From Alphaproteobacteria bacterium (lineage in GTDB: Bacteria; Pseudomonadota; Alphaproteobacteria; Caulobacterales; Caulobacteraceae): a stretch of 64,000 nt of DNA. The translations under genes and the position numbers were made by a program. The notes beneath the pieces were generated by a model. It did not search any database. It saw nothing but the letters and a program-made list of their open reading frames with translations, and was not told the DNA's origin. The stretch is from the NCBI GenBank assembly GCA_043734425.1, contig JAYTFM010000020.1:50060-114059 (forward strand). Direction: 5' to 3'. Positions within the stretch are counted from its first letter, which is position 1; each line of letters opens with the position of its first letter. Of the stretch, positions 21,480 to 30,636 are shown one piece after another.

Positions 21480-23293
21480 CAGATCGGCCTTGTCACTTCG
21501 TCCAGCCAAACCCGCACCTCGGCCGCCACCAGCGGTCCGACGCCGGCGCGGACACGCGCATGATAGGAGTCCAATTGCCCGCGCTCTTCGGCATTGAGCA
21601 TCTCGGCCTCGATCAGGCGACGGTCGATGGGAGCCAGGGTCAGGGCCTCGAAACCATGCATCGGCCGCTCGCCGCCAGGGATCGGCGTGGCCGGCGTCAC
21701 CACCTGCAGGTTCTCGATGCGGATGCCGTAGGCGCCTTCCTTGTAGTAGCCCGGCTCGTTGGAAAGGATCATGCCCGGCCGCAGCGCCACGCTGTTCGGG
21801 GCCTTGGATATCCGTTGTGGACCCTCATGCACCCCCAGGTATGAGCCGACGCCGTGACCAGTGCCATGGTCGTAGTCCAGCCCGTGCATCCACATCGCCG
21901 CGCGGGCCAGCACGTCCAGGGCAGAGCCCGTGGTGCCGGGTGGGAAGCGGATCGCCGCCAACGCCAGATGGCCCTTCAGCACCAGGGTGAAGCGCTGGCG
22001 CATCTCGGCGCTGGGCTCGCCGATGGCGATGGTGCGGGTCACATCGGTGGTGCCGTCCAGGTACTGGCCACCGGAGTCCACCAACAGCAGTGTGCCGGCC
22101 TCAGTCTTGAGATTCAGCCGTTCGGTGGGCCGATAGTGGGGCAGGGCGCCATTGCCCTTGGCCCCGGCGATGGTGTCGAACGACAGGTCCTTCATCGACC
22201 CGGTTGCCTCGCGGAACGCCTCCAGCTTGCGTACGGCGGTGATCTCGTCCGGCGGGTTGGTCTGGCCCTCGGTGGCCAGCCAGTGCAGGAAATTGGTCAG
22301 CGCCGCGCCATCGCGCAGGTGCGCGCGCCGCGTGCCCTCGACCTCGACATCATTCTTGCAGGCCCGGGGCAGGGCGCAGGGGTCCTCAGCGCGGATCACT
22401 GTCGAGCCGCCGGCCCCGAGGGCGTCGAAATACCAGGCCGACGATTGGGCCGGATCGACCATCACCCGCTGGCCCTTCAGCTCAGCCAGGGCGCCCAACA
22501 GCGCGTCCGGGCTCTCCAGACGCACCTGATTGCCCAGCCAGGCCGGCAGGTCCGTTGTCACCTTTGCTGGGTCCAGGAATACCCGCGCCGTGCCGTCCTT
22601 GCAGAGGATCGCCTGACCGATGGGCAGGGGCGAGCGGATCACATCGCCGCCGCGAATATTGAACAGCCAGGCCAGCGAGGCCGGCGATGTCAGCACCGCG
22701 GCGTCCGCGCCCAGCGCGCCGAGATTGGCCCCGACCCGCGCGCGCTTGGCCGCCGAGTCCTCGCCGGCGAATTCTACGGGATGCGGCACGACCGGGGCGG
22801 CCGGCTGGGCGGGCCGCGACTGGCCCCAGGCCTGATCGAGGGGGTTGTCGTTCACGGCGGTCAGCACGGCTCCGGCTTTGTCGGCGGCGTCCTTCAGTCG
22901 GGCCAGGGCGTCAGGGCTGTGCAGGCGCGGATCATAGCCGATCTTCTGGCCCCGGCCGGTGGCGGCCTCCAGATAAGCCGGCACCCCGCCCTCGACCAGA
23001 TCGCGGATCTCAAACAGCGCCTCGTCCACCTGATCTCGGACCTGCAAGGTGTAGCGCCCATCCACGAACACGGCCGCCTTGTCCTTGAGGATCACCGCCG
23101 CCCCGGCCGAGCCGGTAAAGCCGGTCGCCCAGGCCAGCCGGTCATTGGCGGCGGGCAGGTACTCGTTCTGATGCTCGTCTTCGTGGGGCACGAGAAAGCC
23201 GTCCAGACCCTGCCGAGCCATCGCCTGGCGGATCAGCGGCACGTGGCGGGAGCCGAAGGAGCGGTCGGTGGTTTCGTTGAAGGTCTGGCGCAT
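21479..23293 (-). CDS. pepP: Aminopeptidase P (Xaa-Pro aminopeptidase, M24B)
   Basis: TGFTGSAG, DGRY, DSGGQYLDGTTDVTRT, HGTGHGVG, HEGP, NEPGYY, GIRIEN; start at MRQTF. Confidence 0.93.
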   Translation of the reverse strand: MRQTFNETTDRSFGSRHVPLIRQAMARQGLDGFLVPHEDEHQNEYLPAANDRLAWATGFTGSAGAAVILKDKAAVFVDGRYTLQVRDQVDEALFEIRDLVEGGVPAYLEAATGRGQKIGYDPRLHSPDALARLKDAADKAGAVLTAVNDNPLDQAWGQSRPAQPAAPVVPHPVEFAGEDSAAKRARVGANLGALGADAAVLTSPASLAWLFNIRGGDVIRSPLPIGQAILCKDGTARVFLDPAKVTTDLPAWLGNQVRLESPDALLGALAELKGQRVMVDPAQSSAWYFDALGAGGSTVIRAEDPCALPRACKNDVEVEGTRRAHLRDGAALTNFLHWLATEGQTNPPDEITAVRKLEAFREATGSMKDLSFDTIAGAKGNGALPHYRPTERLNLKTEAGTLLLVDSGGQYLDGTTDVTRTIAIGEPSAEMRQRFTLVLKGHLALAAIRFPPGTTGSALDVLARAAMWMHGLDYDHGTGHGVGSYLGVHEGPQRISKAPNSVALRPGMILSNEPGYYKEGAYGIRIENLQVVTPATPIPGGERPMHGFEALTLAPIDRRLIEAEMLNAEERGQLDSYHARVRAGVGPLVAAEVRVWLDEVTRPI

Positions 23294-23371
23294 GGCTAAG
23301 ATGTAGTCGCTTCGCGGCGAACGAGCAAAGCGCTCTTGCCAAACGACCCCATCCGGATGTACCCGCCGCAC

Positions 23372-23452
23372 ATGATCCCTCACGCCCGCCAGTACTCGCA
23401 GAATTCGAACGGTCCCACCCGGGGTCGGACGTCTTCGCGCGCGCTCAGTTAA
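23372..23452 (+). CDS. Putative leaderless upstream ORF (26 aa, MIPHARQYSQNSNGPTRGRTSSRALS)
   Basis: ATG falls at the expected start of a TTGCCA(23336)...TACCCG promoter; overlaps alternative hairpins of the GNAT 5' leader. Confidence 0.4.
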   Translation: MIPHARQYSQNSNGPTRGRTSSRALS

Positions 23453-23543
23453 CCGCCCGAAGACCTCGCGACCCCGCCAACATCGGCCGGGGTCCGAAAG
23501 ACCAAGCGAACCCGTCCGATCTCTTTCAAATCGGAGTGTTCCC

Positions 23544-24116
23544 ATGACCACAACCACCCCTGAATGGCTTCCTCTCGAAACCGAGCGGCTGTTGTTGCGC
23601 GACTTTCGCAAGGACGACGTCGACGCGGTTCACGTCTACGCTATCGACCCGGAAGTCATCCGCTACATGGACTGGGGTCCGAATACCCTGGAGGTCACGC
23701 GGGAGGTCATCGACCGCAACATCGCGCGGCAGGCGAGCTGGCCGCGGACCCAGCTGGAACTGGCCGTCGAGCTGAAGGCCACCGGCGCGCTGATCGGCGT
23801 GATCTCCTTGCACGACGCCAACACCGACAACAGCGCCTTCGGCTACTGCTACAACAGCGCCTGCTGGGGGCAGGGCTATGGGACGGAGGCCGCCCGCGCC
23901 ATGGCGCAGATCGCCTTCGCCCGCCTCGGCCACCACCGGATCTGGGCCACTTGCGACGCCCGCAACCACGGCTCCTACAGGATCATGGAGAACGTCGGCA
24001 TGCGACGCGAAGGTCACCTACTGAAAGACGTCAAAGCCCGCGACGGCTGGCGCGACAGCTACCTCTACGCCATTCTTGCGGAGGAGTGGCGGGCGTCGAA
24101 TAAAACCCGGATATAA
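23544..24116 (+). CDS. RimJ/RimL-type GNAT N-acetyltransferase
   Basis: LETERLLLRDF, WGQGYGTEAA, NHGSYRIMENVGMRREG, WRDSYLYAIL. Confidence 0.92.
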   Translation: MTTTTPEWLPLETERLLLRDFRKDDVDAVHVYAIDPEVIRYMDWGPNTLEVTREVIDRNIARQASWPRTQLELAVELKATGALIGVISLHDANTDNSAFGYCYNSACWGQGYGTEAARAMAQIAFARLGHHRIWATCDARNHGSYRIMENVGMRREGHLLKDVKARDGWRDSYLYAILAEEWRASNKTRI

Positions 24117-24166
24117 TTGACCGCCCAACCCGCTTCGGCTAAGCACCACGACCCTGGAGGCCCTCG

Positions 24167-24592
24167 ATGACCGACGACAGCATCTTCTCCCTCGCCAACA
24201 TGGGCGCCATGGCCGGCTGGCTGCTGCTGGCGCTGGCGCCGCTGCGCCGTGGCCCGATCCTGTTGGCTGCGCGGGCGGTCGCCGCAGTGCTGGCGGTGGT
24301 TTACACTGGCTTCATCCTGACGACCCTGGGCGGCGGCGGACCGATCGACTTCACCAGGCTGGACGGCATCGCCGCCTCGTTCAGCCATCCGTCGGTGATG
24401 CTGGTCGGATGGATCCACTATCTGGCGTTTGACCTCTGGGTCGGCGCCTGGGAGGCCGAGGTTGCGCCGCGCTGGGGTGTGCCGCACTGGGCGCTGCTGC
24501 CGTGCCTGTTCCTGACCCTCATGTTCGGGCCGATGGGCCTGCTGCTGTTCCTCATCGTCGCCGGCGTCTTCCGGCTGGTCCGCAAGGCCTAA
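24167..24592 (+). CDS. ABA4-like (DUF4281) membrane protein
   Basis: GWIHYLAFDLWVG and LTLMFGPMGLL signature; 4 TM segments. Confidence 0.85.
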   Translation: MTDDSIFSLANMGAMAGWLLLALAPLRRGPILLAARAVAAVLAVVYTGFILTTLGGGGPIDFTRLDGIAASFSHPSVMLVGWIHYLAFDLWVGAWEAEVAPRWGVPHWALLPCLFLTLMFGPMGLLLFLIVAGVFRLVRKA

Positions 24593-24595
24593 AGC

Positions 24596-24940
24596 ATGGA
24601 CAAGCAGAGCCGCCGCGACCTGGTCCGCGACTACAAGGAAAAGAAGACCGTCGCCGGCGTCTATGCGATCCGCTGCGCCCCGACCGGCGAGGTCTGGGTC
24701 GGCGGTTCGCGCAACATCGAGGCCCAGCAGAACAGTTCCTGGTTCAGCCTGCGCAGCGCCGGTCACCCCAACAAACAGCTCCAGGCCGTCTGGACCACCC
24801 TCGGCCCGGACGCCATGACCTTCGACGTCCTCGAACGTCTCGACGACAAGGACCTCAGCCCCATGGGTCTCGCCGACGCCGTGAAGTCCCGCACCCGCCA
24901 CTGGCTGGCCGAGCTCGGCGCGCAGAAGGCTGTGGGGTAG
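24596..24940 (+). CDS. Small GIY-YIG nuclease family protein
   Basis: GVYAIR...VWVG, HPNKQLQAVW. Confidence 0.8.
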   Translation: MDKQSRRDLVRDYKEKKTVAGVYAIRCAPTGEVWVGGSRNIEAQQNSSWFSLRSAGHPNKQLQAVWTTLGPDAMTFDVLERLDDKDLSPMGLADAVKSRTRHWLAELGAQKAVG

Positions 24941-24955
24941 GAGGACCAAGCGCCC

Positions 24956-25345
24956 TTAGGGCTGCGGCGCAGGCTCTGGTTCCACGGGTGCAGCGGCGCG
25001 CGCGGCTTCGGCGGCGTTGATCGCATCGCGGCCCGCACGGACGGCGGCGGCCTCATTGGCGCGGGCGGCGCCGGCGGCGGCGTCCTGGGCGGATTGCGCC
25101 GCAACGCTCGCCGCCTGCTGAGCGCTGGTGGCGGCATTGACCAGATTGGCTTCGTTGGCGCCCTGGTCGTGAGCGGCCTGGATCGCATCCCCGCTTGTGC
25201 CCCGGCTGACCAGGATGAACAGGGCGACGATGGCGACAATCGCCACCAGGGCGGCCACCCACCAGCCGGCCCCGGCGCCGCGCCGCACGATGATCTTTTC
25301 GACGGGCCTGCCGGCCGCGTTGGTGCGCTCGTACTGCTCGGACAT
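24956..25345 (-). CDS. Small single-TM Ala-rich protein, probable general-stress gene
   Basis: GAGG RBS; TM segment WWVAALVAIVAIVALFILV; Ala/Gln-rich helix; EcfG-type promoter upstream. Confidence 0.75.
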   Translation of the reverse strand: MSEQYERTNAAGRPVEKIIVRRGAGAGWWVAALVAIVAIVALFILVSRGTSGDAIQAAHDQGANEANLVNAATSAQQAASVAAQSAQDAAAGAARANEAAAVRAGRDAINAAEAARAAAPVEPEPAPQP

Positions 25346-25391
25346 CGGTTGGTTCCTCGTCTGTCAGGCCAGGCTTGGCCTTGGCAGGAGA

Positions 25392-25416
25392 AACGCCCAA
25401 CTGTCAGGCTTGTTCC
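25392..25416 (-). promoter_or_regulatory. SigT/EcfG general stress promoter
   Basis: Minus strand GGAAC-N16-CGTT, exact consensus, overlapping the prmA stop. Confidence 0.7.
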
Positions 25417-26279
25417 GCCCGCTGCACGACCAGGGTCGCCCAGGCGTCGCGGTGGATGCGCCGGACCAGCCGAAACCCTTTAGACCGATAGGCTGCCAGC
25501 ACCCGTCGCTGCTGCGTGCGCAGCAGGCCCGACAGGATCGCCACCCCGCCTGGCTTCAGCGCCCGCTTAATGTCCTGCGACAACGCCACCAGCGGCGGCG
25601 CCAGGATGTTGGCGAACACCACGTCATAGGGGCCGCGCCCGCGCACCGCCGGATGGTTGAGCCCGCTGGCATGGACGAACCTCGCCCGCGCGCCGTTCAA
25701 GGCCGCGTTCTCATTGGCGATTCGCACCGACGGCGCATCGATATCAGTGCCGACCGCCACCGGCGTTCCGGTCCGCGCCGCGGCGATGGCCAGCACGCCG
25801 GTGCCACAGCCGACATCCAGCACCCGCGAAAACCGTCGCCGCTTCAGCAGGTCGTGATAGGCCTGGAGGCATCCCACCGTCGTGCCGTGATGCCCGGTGC
25901 CGAACGCCGCCCCGGCCTCAATCCGCAGGTTCACGGTGCTGGCCGGCGCCAGGCCCCGGTCGTGCGCGCCATAGACAAAGAACCGCCCCGCCCGCACCGG
26001 CGGCAGGCCCGACAACGCCATGGCCAGCCAGTCGGCGTCGGCCAGCACCTCGGTGACGGTTTGCAAGGCCGGATAGCCCGCCAGCAACGCCTCAATCGCG
26101 GACTGCTCCTTGGCGGTGGTCGGAAAGGCGTCGATCCGCCAGACGTCGTGGTCCTCGTCCTCCTCCAGGATGGAATAGGTCACGGCCTCGGTGACTAGGT
26201 CGGCGTCCAGCGCTTCGGCGGCGGCCTCGGCGACGAGGCGCGGCCCCCTGGCGGTGATCTGAACAGCGGCGTCGGTCAT
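25404..26279 (-). CDS. prmA: Ribosomal protein L11 methyltransferase
   Basis: [35 protein letters not shown]. Confidence 0.93.
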   Translation of the reverse strand: MTDAAVQITARGPRLVAEAAAEALDADLVTEAVTYSILEEDEDHDVWRIDAFPTTAKEQSAIEALLAGYPALQTVTEVLADADWLAMALSGLPPVRAGRFFVYGAHDRGLAPASTVNLRIEAGAAFGTGHHGTTVGCLQAYHDLLKRRRFSRVLDVGCGTGVLAIAAARTGTPVAVGTDIDAPSVRIANENAALNGARARFVHASGLNHPAVRGRGPYDVVFANILAPPLVALSQDIKRALKPGGVAILSGLLRTQQRRVLAAYRSKGFRLVRRIHRDAWATLVVQRAEQA

Positions 26280-26323
26280 GGGCGCGAGGCTGTAGCCGGG
26301 CGAGGCGCGAAAGGCGAGGGCGT

Positions 26324-26791
26324 TCAGTCGTCCAGCGCGGGGTCGTCGTCAGGTGCTGCATCCGTCGCATCGGCAGAGTAGACCGCGTTGCCGGCGATCA
26401 AGGGGTATCGCGGCGGAGGGATCGCATGGTCCCAGACCGCAGAGCCGCCCGGCGGGGCGATCTCGCGCGCGTCGGCCAGGATAGATTGGGCCTCGGCTTC
26501 GTCCGGCTCGATGGGCTCGGCGACCTCCGCTGGGACCACTTTCGGATGCGTCCAGTCGGTCCCCAGCACGTAGTCCGGAGCCATGCGCGACGATCCGCTC
26601 CAGCCGGAGTTTGCCGATGCGACCCCATCGGATCGCGCGCCGCCAAATGGGACCAGCATGCGTGGCCCGCCGATACCCGGACCGCTCAGGTCCGAATGCA
26701 CCGCAGAGCCCAGCGCCAAGCCCGCAATCGCAGCGACCACCAAGCCCGCAGCCAGAACCGGATAGCGCTGAAGGGCGATGAGAACCCGCAT
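26324..26791 (-). CDS. Hypothetical membrane-anchored protein
   Basis: N-terminal hydrophobic segment, acidic/Pro-rich tail; no recognisable domain. Confidence 0.55.
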   Translation of the reverse strand: MRVLIALQRYPVLAAGLVVAAIAGLALGSAVHSDLSGPGIGGPRMLVPFGGARSDGVASANSGWSGSSRMAPDYVLGTDWTHPKVVPAEVAEPIEPDEAEAQSILADAREIAPPGGSAVWDHAIPPPRYPLIAGNAVYSADATDAAPDDDPALDD

Positions 26792-26842
26792 GAAGATGCA
26801 ACGCGTGAGCCGTCATGCGGTTCATTGGAGGGCGCGCCCCTT

Positions 26843-26893
26843 CCCTTTGATCCATCATGGCCGACCTTGTGTCGGCCATGATGGATCAAAGGG
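26843..26893. repeat. Perfect 23-bp inverted repeat, collapsed REP element
   Basis: CCCTTTGATCCATCATGGCCGAC-cttgt-GTCGGCCATGATGGATCAAAGGG. Confidence 0.9.
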
Positions 26894-27035
26894 GGAGCGG
26901 ATCACACGCCTATCCCGCCATCGTCTGAGCACCATTGCTCAGCGGGTGCCGGTCACGGGTTCGTGATATCCCGCCAGCCTTGTTGACATTTTTCTCCGCG
27001 AGAGTTGGTGTGGTGCAACCAATAGGAGCAGGGCG

Positions 27036-27650
27036 ATGAAACTGGGTGTGGTGATAGGGCTTTCGGCGGCGTTGCTGGGCATCGCCGGCGGCGCAAACGC
27101 GGGCACGAACTTCTTCAACGACTGGGAAAGCACCAACTTCGGGTCGTCTCCGGGATTCACGATCATACCGAGCTATGAGGGCTGGACCACCGTCTCGGGT
27201 TCCGGAATCGAAATTCAGTACAATTCCATCGCGGGAGCACCGCTTTCCGGGGTTAATCTGGTCGAGCTGGACGCCTACAGCAACTCGACGATGCAACGGG
27301 CAATCACCGCCGGGAATTATGTCCTCACCTTCTTCTATTCACCGCGACCCGGCGTCTCGGCAGCCAGCAACGGCATCGACGTGCTGCTGAATGGCGCGAG
27401 CATTTTCAACATCACCGGTTCTGGCGGTGCGAATACGATCTGGACCAACCATACTGTCAACTTCTCGCTCGCCAGTGCCGGAACGCTCGGCTTTGCCGCG
27501 ACCGGGACGAGCGACAGCCTGGGTGGCTATCTTGAGGATGTGCGGCTCGCGGATGCTCGGGGTGTTCCCGAGCCGGCGACCTGGGCGTTGATGATCGGGG
27601 GCTTCGGCCTAGCCGGTTCGGCTCTGCGTCGCCGACGCACCACGGCTTGA
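27036..27650 (+). CDS. PEPxxWA-CTERM surface protein (exosortase substrate)
   Basis: Signal peptide (ANA), Ser/Thr/Asn-rich beta-sandwich-like domain, C-terminal VPEPATWALMIGGFGLAGSALRRRR. Confidence 0.93.
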   Translation: MKLGVVIGLSAALLGIAGGANAGTNFFNDWESTNFGSSPGFTIIPSYEGWTTVSGSGIEIQYNSIAGAPLSGVNLVELDAYSNSTMQRAITAGNYVLTFFYSPRPGVSAASNGIDVLLNGASIFNITGSGGANTIWTNHTVNFSLASAGTLGFAATGTSDSLGGYLEDVRLADARGVPEPATWALMIGGFGLAGSALRRRRTTA

Positions 27651-27690
27651 GAGTTCGCTAGGGAAGCATGGTGAACCTCCTGCGCCACGC

Positions 27691-27745
27691 TTGATCCGTC
27701 ATGGCCCACGCTTTGGCCGGCCATGGCGGATCAATAGGGGGAGCG
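27691..27745. repeat. Degenerate copy of the 26843 REP hairpin
   Basis: TTGATCCGTCATGGCC-N12-GGCCATGGCGGATCAA followed by the same GGGGGAGCG tail. Confidence 0.8.
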
Positions 27746-27749
27746 CTCT

Positions 27750-30095
27750 CTACTCCGCCTTCTCCACAAAGCTGTCGATCACCCGCTTTTCGCCGGCCTT
27801 TTCGAACGCCACGGTCAGCTTGTTGCCGTCCACCGCCCGCACGGCGCCATAGCCGAACTTGATGTGGAACACGCGGTCGCCGCGCTGGTACTCACTGCCG
27901 GCTGAGCTGTCGGAGGTGGCCACCAACCGCCCGTCGCCTTCGATCACCGCCTGGCGACCCGGATGGCTGCCCTTGTAGCTCGACGCCTGGGCCCGCCGCC
28001 AGCCGGGTGAGGAATACCCCGCCCCGAACGCCGGGTTCTCGTCCCAGCGTGAGCCGTGCTGCTGCATGCCAGGACCGCCGCCGTAGTAGCCGGTCTCCGA
28101 CTGGGCTTCGACATTGGCCAGCGGCAGCTCATCGACAAACCGGCTCGGCAGCTGGCTGGTCCAGCGGCCATAAACCATGCGGTTGGCGACGAACGAGATC
28201 CGCGCTTCCTCCCGTGCCCGGGTGATGCCGACGTAGGCGAGGCGCCGTTCCTCCTCCAGGCCCTTCTCGCCGCTCTCGTCCATCGAGCGCTGCGAGGGAA
28301 ACACGCCTTCCTCCCACCCCGGCAGGAACACCAGCGGGAACTCCAGCCCCTTGGCCTGGTGCAGAGTCATGATCTGGACCGAGTCCTCGCCGGCCCCCCG
28401 GTCCAGGTCCAGCACCAGCGCCACATGCTCCAGATAAGCCCCCAGGGTGTCATAAGACCCCATCGACTGGACCAGTTCCTTCAGGTTCTCCAGCCGCCCC
28501 TGGGCCTGGGGCGAGCGGTCGAGCTTCAGCGCGTCGGTATAGCCGCTCTCCTCCAGCACCGCCTCCAGCAGGCGGGGCAGGGCGGTCTGGTCGATCTGGC
28601 CACGCCAGCGATCCAGGTCGCGCAGGAAGTTGGAGAGCGCCGTCCGCGTCCGCGCCGCCAGCTCGTCGGTCAGCACGATCTGCCGCGCCGCCTGCACCAC
28701 CGGCACGCCGCCCCGCCGGGCGACCTGCAGCAGCTTCTGCACCGTGGTCTCGCCGATCCCGCGCTTGGGCGTGTTGACGATCCGCTCGAACGCCAGGTCA
28801 TCGTCCGGCGACTGGATCAGCCGCAGGTACGCATGCGCATCGCGGATCTCGGCCCGTTCAAAGAACCTCGGCCCGCCGATCACCACATAGGGGATTTGCA
28901 ACAGCACGAAGCGCTCCTCGAAGCTGCGCATCTGGAACGAGGCGCGCACCAGGATCGCCATGTCGCGGAACTTGCGCGGGTTGCGCTCGGTCCCGCCCTT
29001 CTTGGCGCGCTCGATCTCCTCGGCGATCAGCCGGCTCTCGGCGTCGCCGTCCCAGACCCCGCGCACCACCACCTTCTCGCCGCCCTCAGCCTCGGTCCAC
29101 AGGGTCTTGCCCAGCCGGCTCTTGTTGGCGGAAATCAGGCCCGAGGCGGCGGCCAGGATGTGGCTCGTAGAGCGATAGTTGCGTTCCAGCCGCACCACCT
29201 TGGCGCCCGGAAAGTCCCGCTCGAAGCGCAGGATATTGTCCACCTCCGCGCCCCGCCAGCCATAGATCGACTGGTCGTCATCGCCGACGCAACAGAGGTT
29301 GCGGCTCTTTTGCGCCAACAGCCGCAGCCACAGGTACTGGGCCACATTGGTGTCCTGGTACTCATCGACCAGCAGATAGCGGAAGCGGTTGTGGAACTCG
29401 GTCAGCACTTCCGGATGGCGGGTGAAGATCGTCAGGTTGTGCAGCAGCAGGTCGCCGAAGTCGCAGGCGTTCAGAATGCGCAGCCGGTCCTGGTACAGCG
29501 CATACAGCGTCTGACCCTTGTTGCCGCCGAAGTGCGCGCCCTCGGCCGGCGGCAGCTGGTCGGGCCGCCAGCCGCGGTTCTTCCACTGGTCGATCAGCCC
29601 GGCCAGCGCCTTCGGCGTCCAGCGCTTGGTGTCGATATTCTCGGCCTCCAGCAGCTGTTTGATCAGCCGCTCCTGATCGTCGGTGTCGAGGATGGTGTAG
29701 TTGGATTTCAGCCCGACCAGCTCGGCGTGCCGCCGCAGGATCTGCGCCGCCACCGAGTGAAAGGTGCCCAGCCAGCGCAAGCCCTCGGCGGACGGCCCGA
29801 TGATGTGGGTAATCCGTTCGCGCATCTCGCGCGCCGCCTTGTTGGTGAAGGTGACGACAAGCAGCTCCCAGGGCCGCGCCTTGCCGCTCGCCAGAATGTG
29901 CGCCAGCCGCGTGGTCAGCACCCGCGTCTTGCCCGTGCCCGCCCCGGCCAGCACCAGCACCGGCCCCTCGATGGCCTCCACCGCTTCCCGCTGCTGAGCG
30001 TTCAGCCCGTCCAGATAGTCCGCCGGCCGCGCATCGACGCGCGCCAGGTCGCTGATGCGCGGGGCAGGGACGTCAGGGGATTCGGGGGGCGGCAT
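27750..30095 (-). CDS. uvrD: UvrD/PcrA SF1 DNA helicase
   Basis: LAGAGTGKT, TFTNKAAREM, VDEYQD, GDDDQSIYGWRGA, NYRS, EERRLAYVGITRA, C-terminal Tudor-like RVFHIKFGYG. Confidence 0.97.
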   Translation of the reverse strand: MPPPESPDVPAPRISDLARVDARPADYLDGLNAQQREAVEAIEGPVLVLAGAGTGKTRVLTTRLAHILASGKARPWELLVVTFTNKAAREMRERITHIIGPSAEGLRWLGTFHSVAAQILRRHAELVGLKSNYTILDTDDQERLIKQLLEAENIDTKRWTPKALAGLIDQWKNRGWRPDQLPPAEGAHFGGNKGQTLYALYQDRLRILNACDFGDLLLHNLTIFTRHPEVLTEFHNRFRYLLVDEYQDTNVAQYLWLRLLAQKSRNLCCVGDDDQSIYGWRGAEVDNILRFERDFPGAKVVRLERNYRSTSHILAAASGLISANKSRLGKTLWTEAEGGEKVVVRGVWDGDAESRLIAEEIERAKKGGTERNPRKFRDMAILVRASFQMRSFEERFVLLQIPYVVIGGPRFFERAEIRDAHAYLRLIQSPDDDLAFERIVNTPKRGIGETTVQKLLQVARRGGVPVVQAARQIVLTDELAARTRTALSNFLRDLDRWRGQIDQTALPRLLEAVLEESGYTDALKLDRSPQAQGRLENLKELVQSMGSYDTLGAYLEHVALVLDLDRGAGEDSVQIMTLHQAKGLEFPLVFLPGWEEGVFPSQRSMDESGEKGLEEERRLAYVGITRAREEARISFVANRMVYGRWTSQLPSRFVDELPLANVEAQSETGYYGGGPGMQQHGSRWDENPAFGAGYSSPGWRRAQASSYKGSHPGRQAVIEGDGRLVATSDSSAGSEYQRGDRVFHIKFGYGAVRAVDGNKLTVAFEKAGEKRVIDSFVEKAE

Positions 30096-30097
30096 CG

Positions 30098-30112
30098 GAA
30101 CATATGTAGCAC
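30098..30112 (-). promoter_or_regulatory. Putative LexA (SOS) box for uvrD
   Basis: GTGC-TACATAT-GTTC on the minus strand, 1 mismatch to alphaproteobacterial GTTC-N7-GTTC, 2 nt before the ATG. Confidence 0.65.
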
Positions 30113-30154
30113 GACGTTTCGTCGATGGCCCAGGCTACCCACCCGCCCTCGAAC

Positions 30155-30282
30155 CGTCATGGCCGACCTCTTGTGTCGGCCACCCATGAACTCCGTGCTT
30201 GGGACAGGAAGCGTCAGCCTCGCCGACCCACCCGGCGCCCCCAGCGATCCTGGGTGGCCGACACAAGAGGTCGGCCATGACG
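30155..30282. repeat. CGTC-type REP doublet with perfect 32-bp inverted arms
   Basis: CGTCATGGCCGACCTCTTGTGTCGGCCACCCA (30155-30186) and its exact reverse complement (30251-30282). Confidence 0.92.
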
Positions 30283-30303
30283 AAGCAAAAGGGGAGAGGT
30301 TGA

Positions 30304-30636
30304 CTACTGTCCGAGCAGCCGTCGTTCGAGCAGTTGCTGCATGTCGCGCCTGCCATCTGCGATCACATGCACGAACACGGAGCCACCCGTCACGCGATAG
30401 ATCAGGCGATAGGTCTGGAAAATGAGTTGGCGGAATCCTCGGATCCCAAGTTGCGCCAGTTCGCTTGGGACGGACCCACGATCCGGGAAATGCTCAAGCG
30501 TGGACGCGCAATCCAACAATTCGTTGAGCAGGCTCTCCGCCGTAAATTCCGAGGCGCGCCTGGCGACATCCTCAGCAATCTCCAACATGTCCTGCTCCGC
30601 CGACTTCAATATGTAGACTGTGAAGTTCGCGGTCAT
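30304..30636 (-). CDS. RelE/ParE family toxin
   Basis: AEQDMLEI, FPDRG, YRLIYRV, VIADGRRDM; 4-nt overlap with the antitoxin. Confidence 0.88.
   Translation of the reverse strand: MTANFTVYILKSAEQDMLEIAEDVARRASEFTAESLLNELLDCASTLEHFPDRGSVPSELAQLGIRGFRQLIFQTYRLIYRVTGGSVFVHVIADGRRDMQQLLERRLLGQ

Noticed and set aside
21479-23611. Long N-terminal extensions in the ORF track (pepP, USP, modC, urcA, Phd antitoxin, DUF4169, cupin 5080, orphan 57453)
   Set aside because: Recognisable protein sequence and RBS begin at downstream starts; the extensions overlap other genes or promoters
24596-24940. GIY-YIG protein as the mobiliser of the CGTC REPs
   Set aside because: Not flanked by REPs and embedded in an operon with the ABA4-like gene
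28056-30425. 789-aa ORF antisense to uvrD, and similar long shadow ORFs (13411-15057, 21854-23299, 45349-47022, 57366-58592)
   Set aside because: Antisense frames of high-GC genes lack stops; no motifs; they overlap clearly real genes
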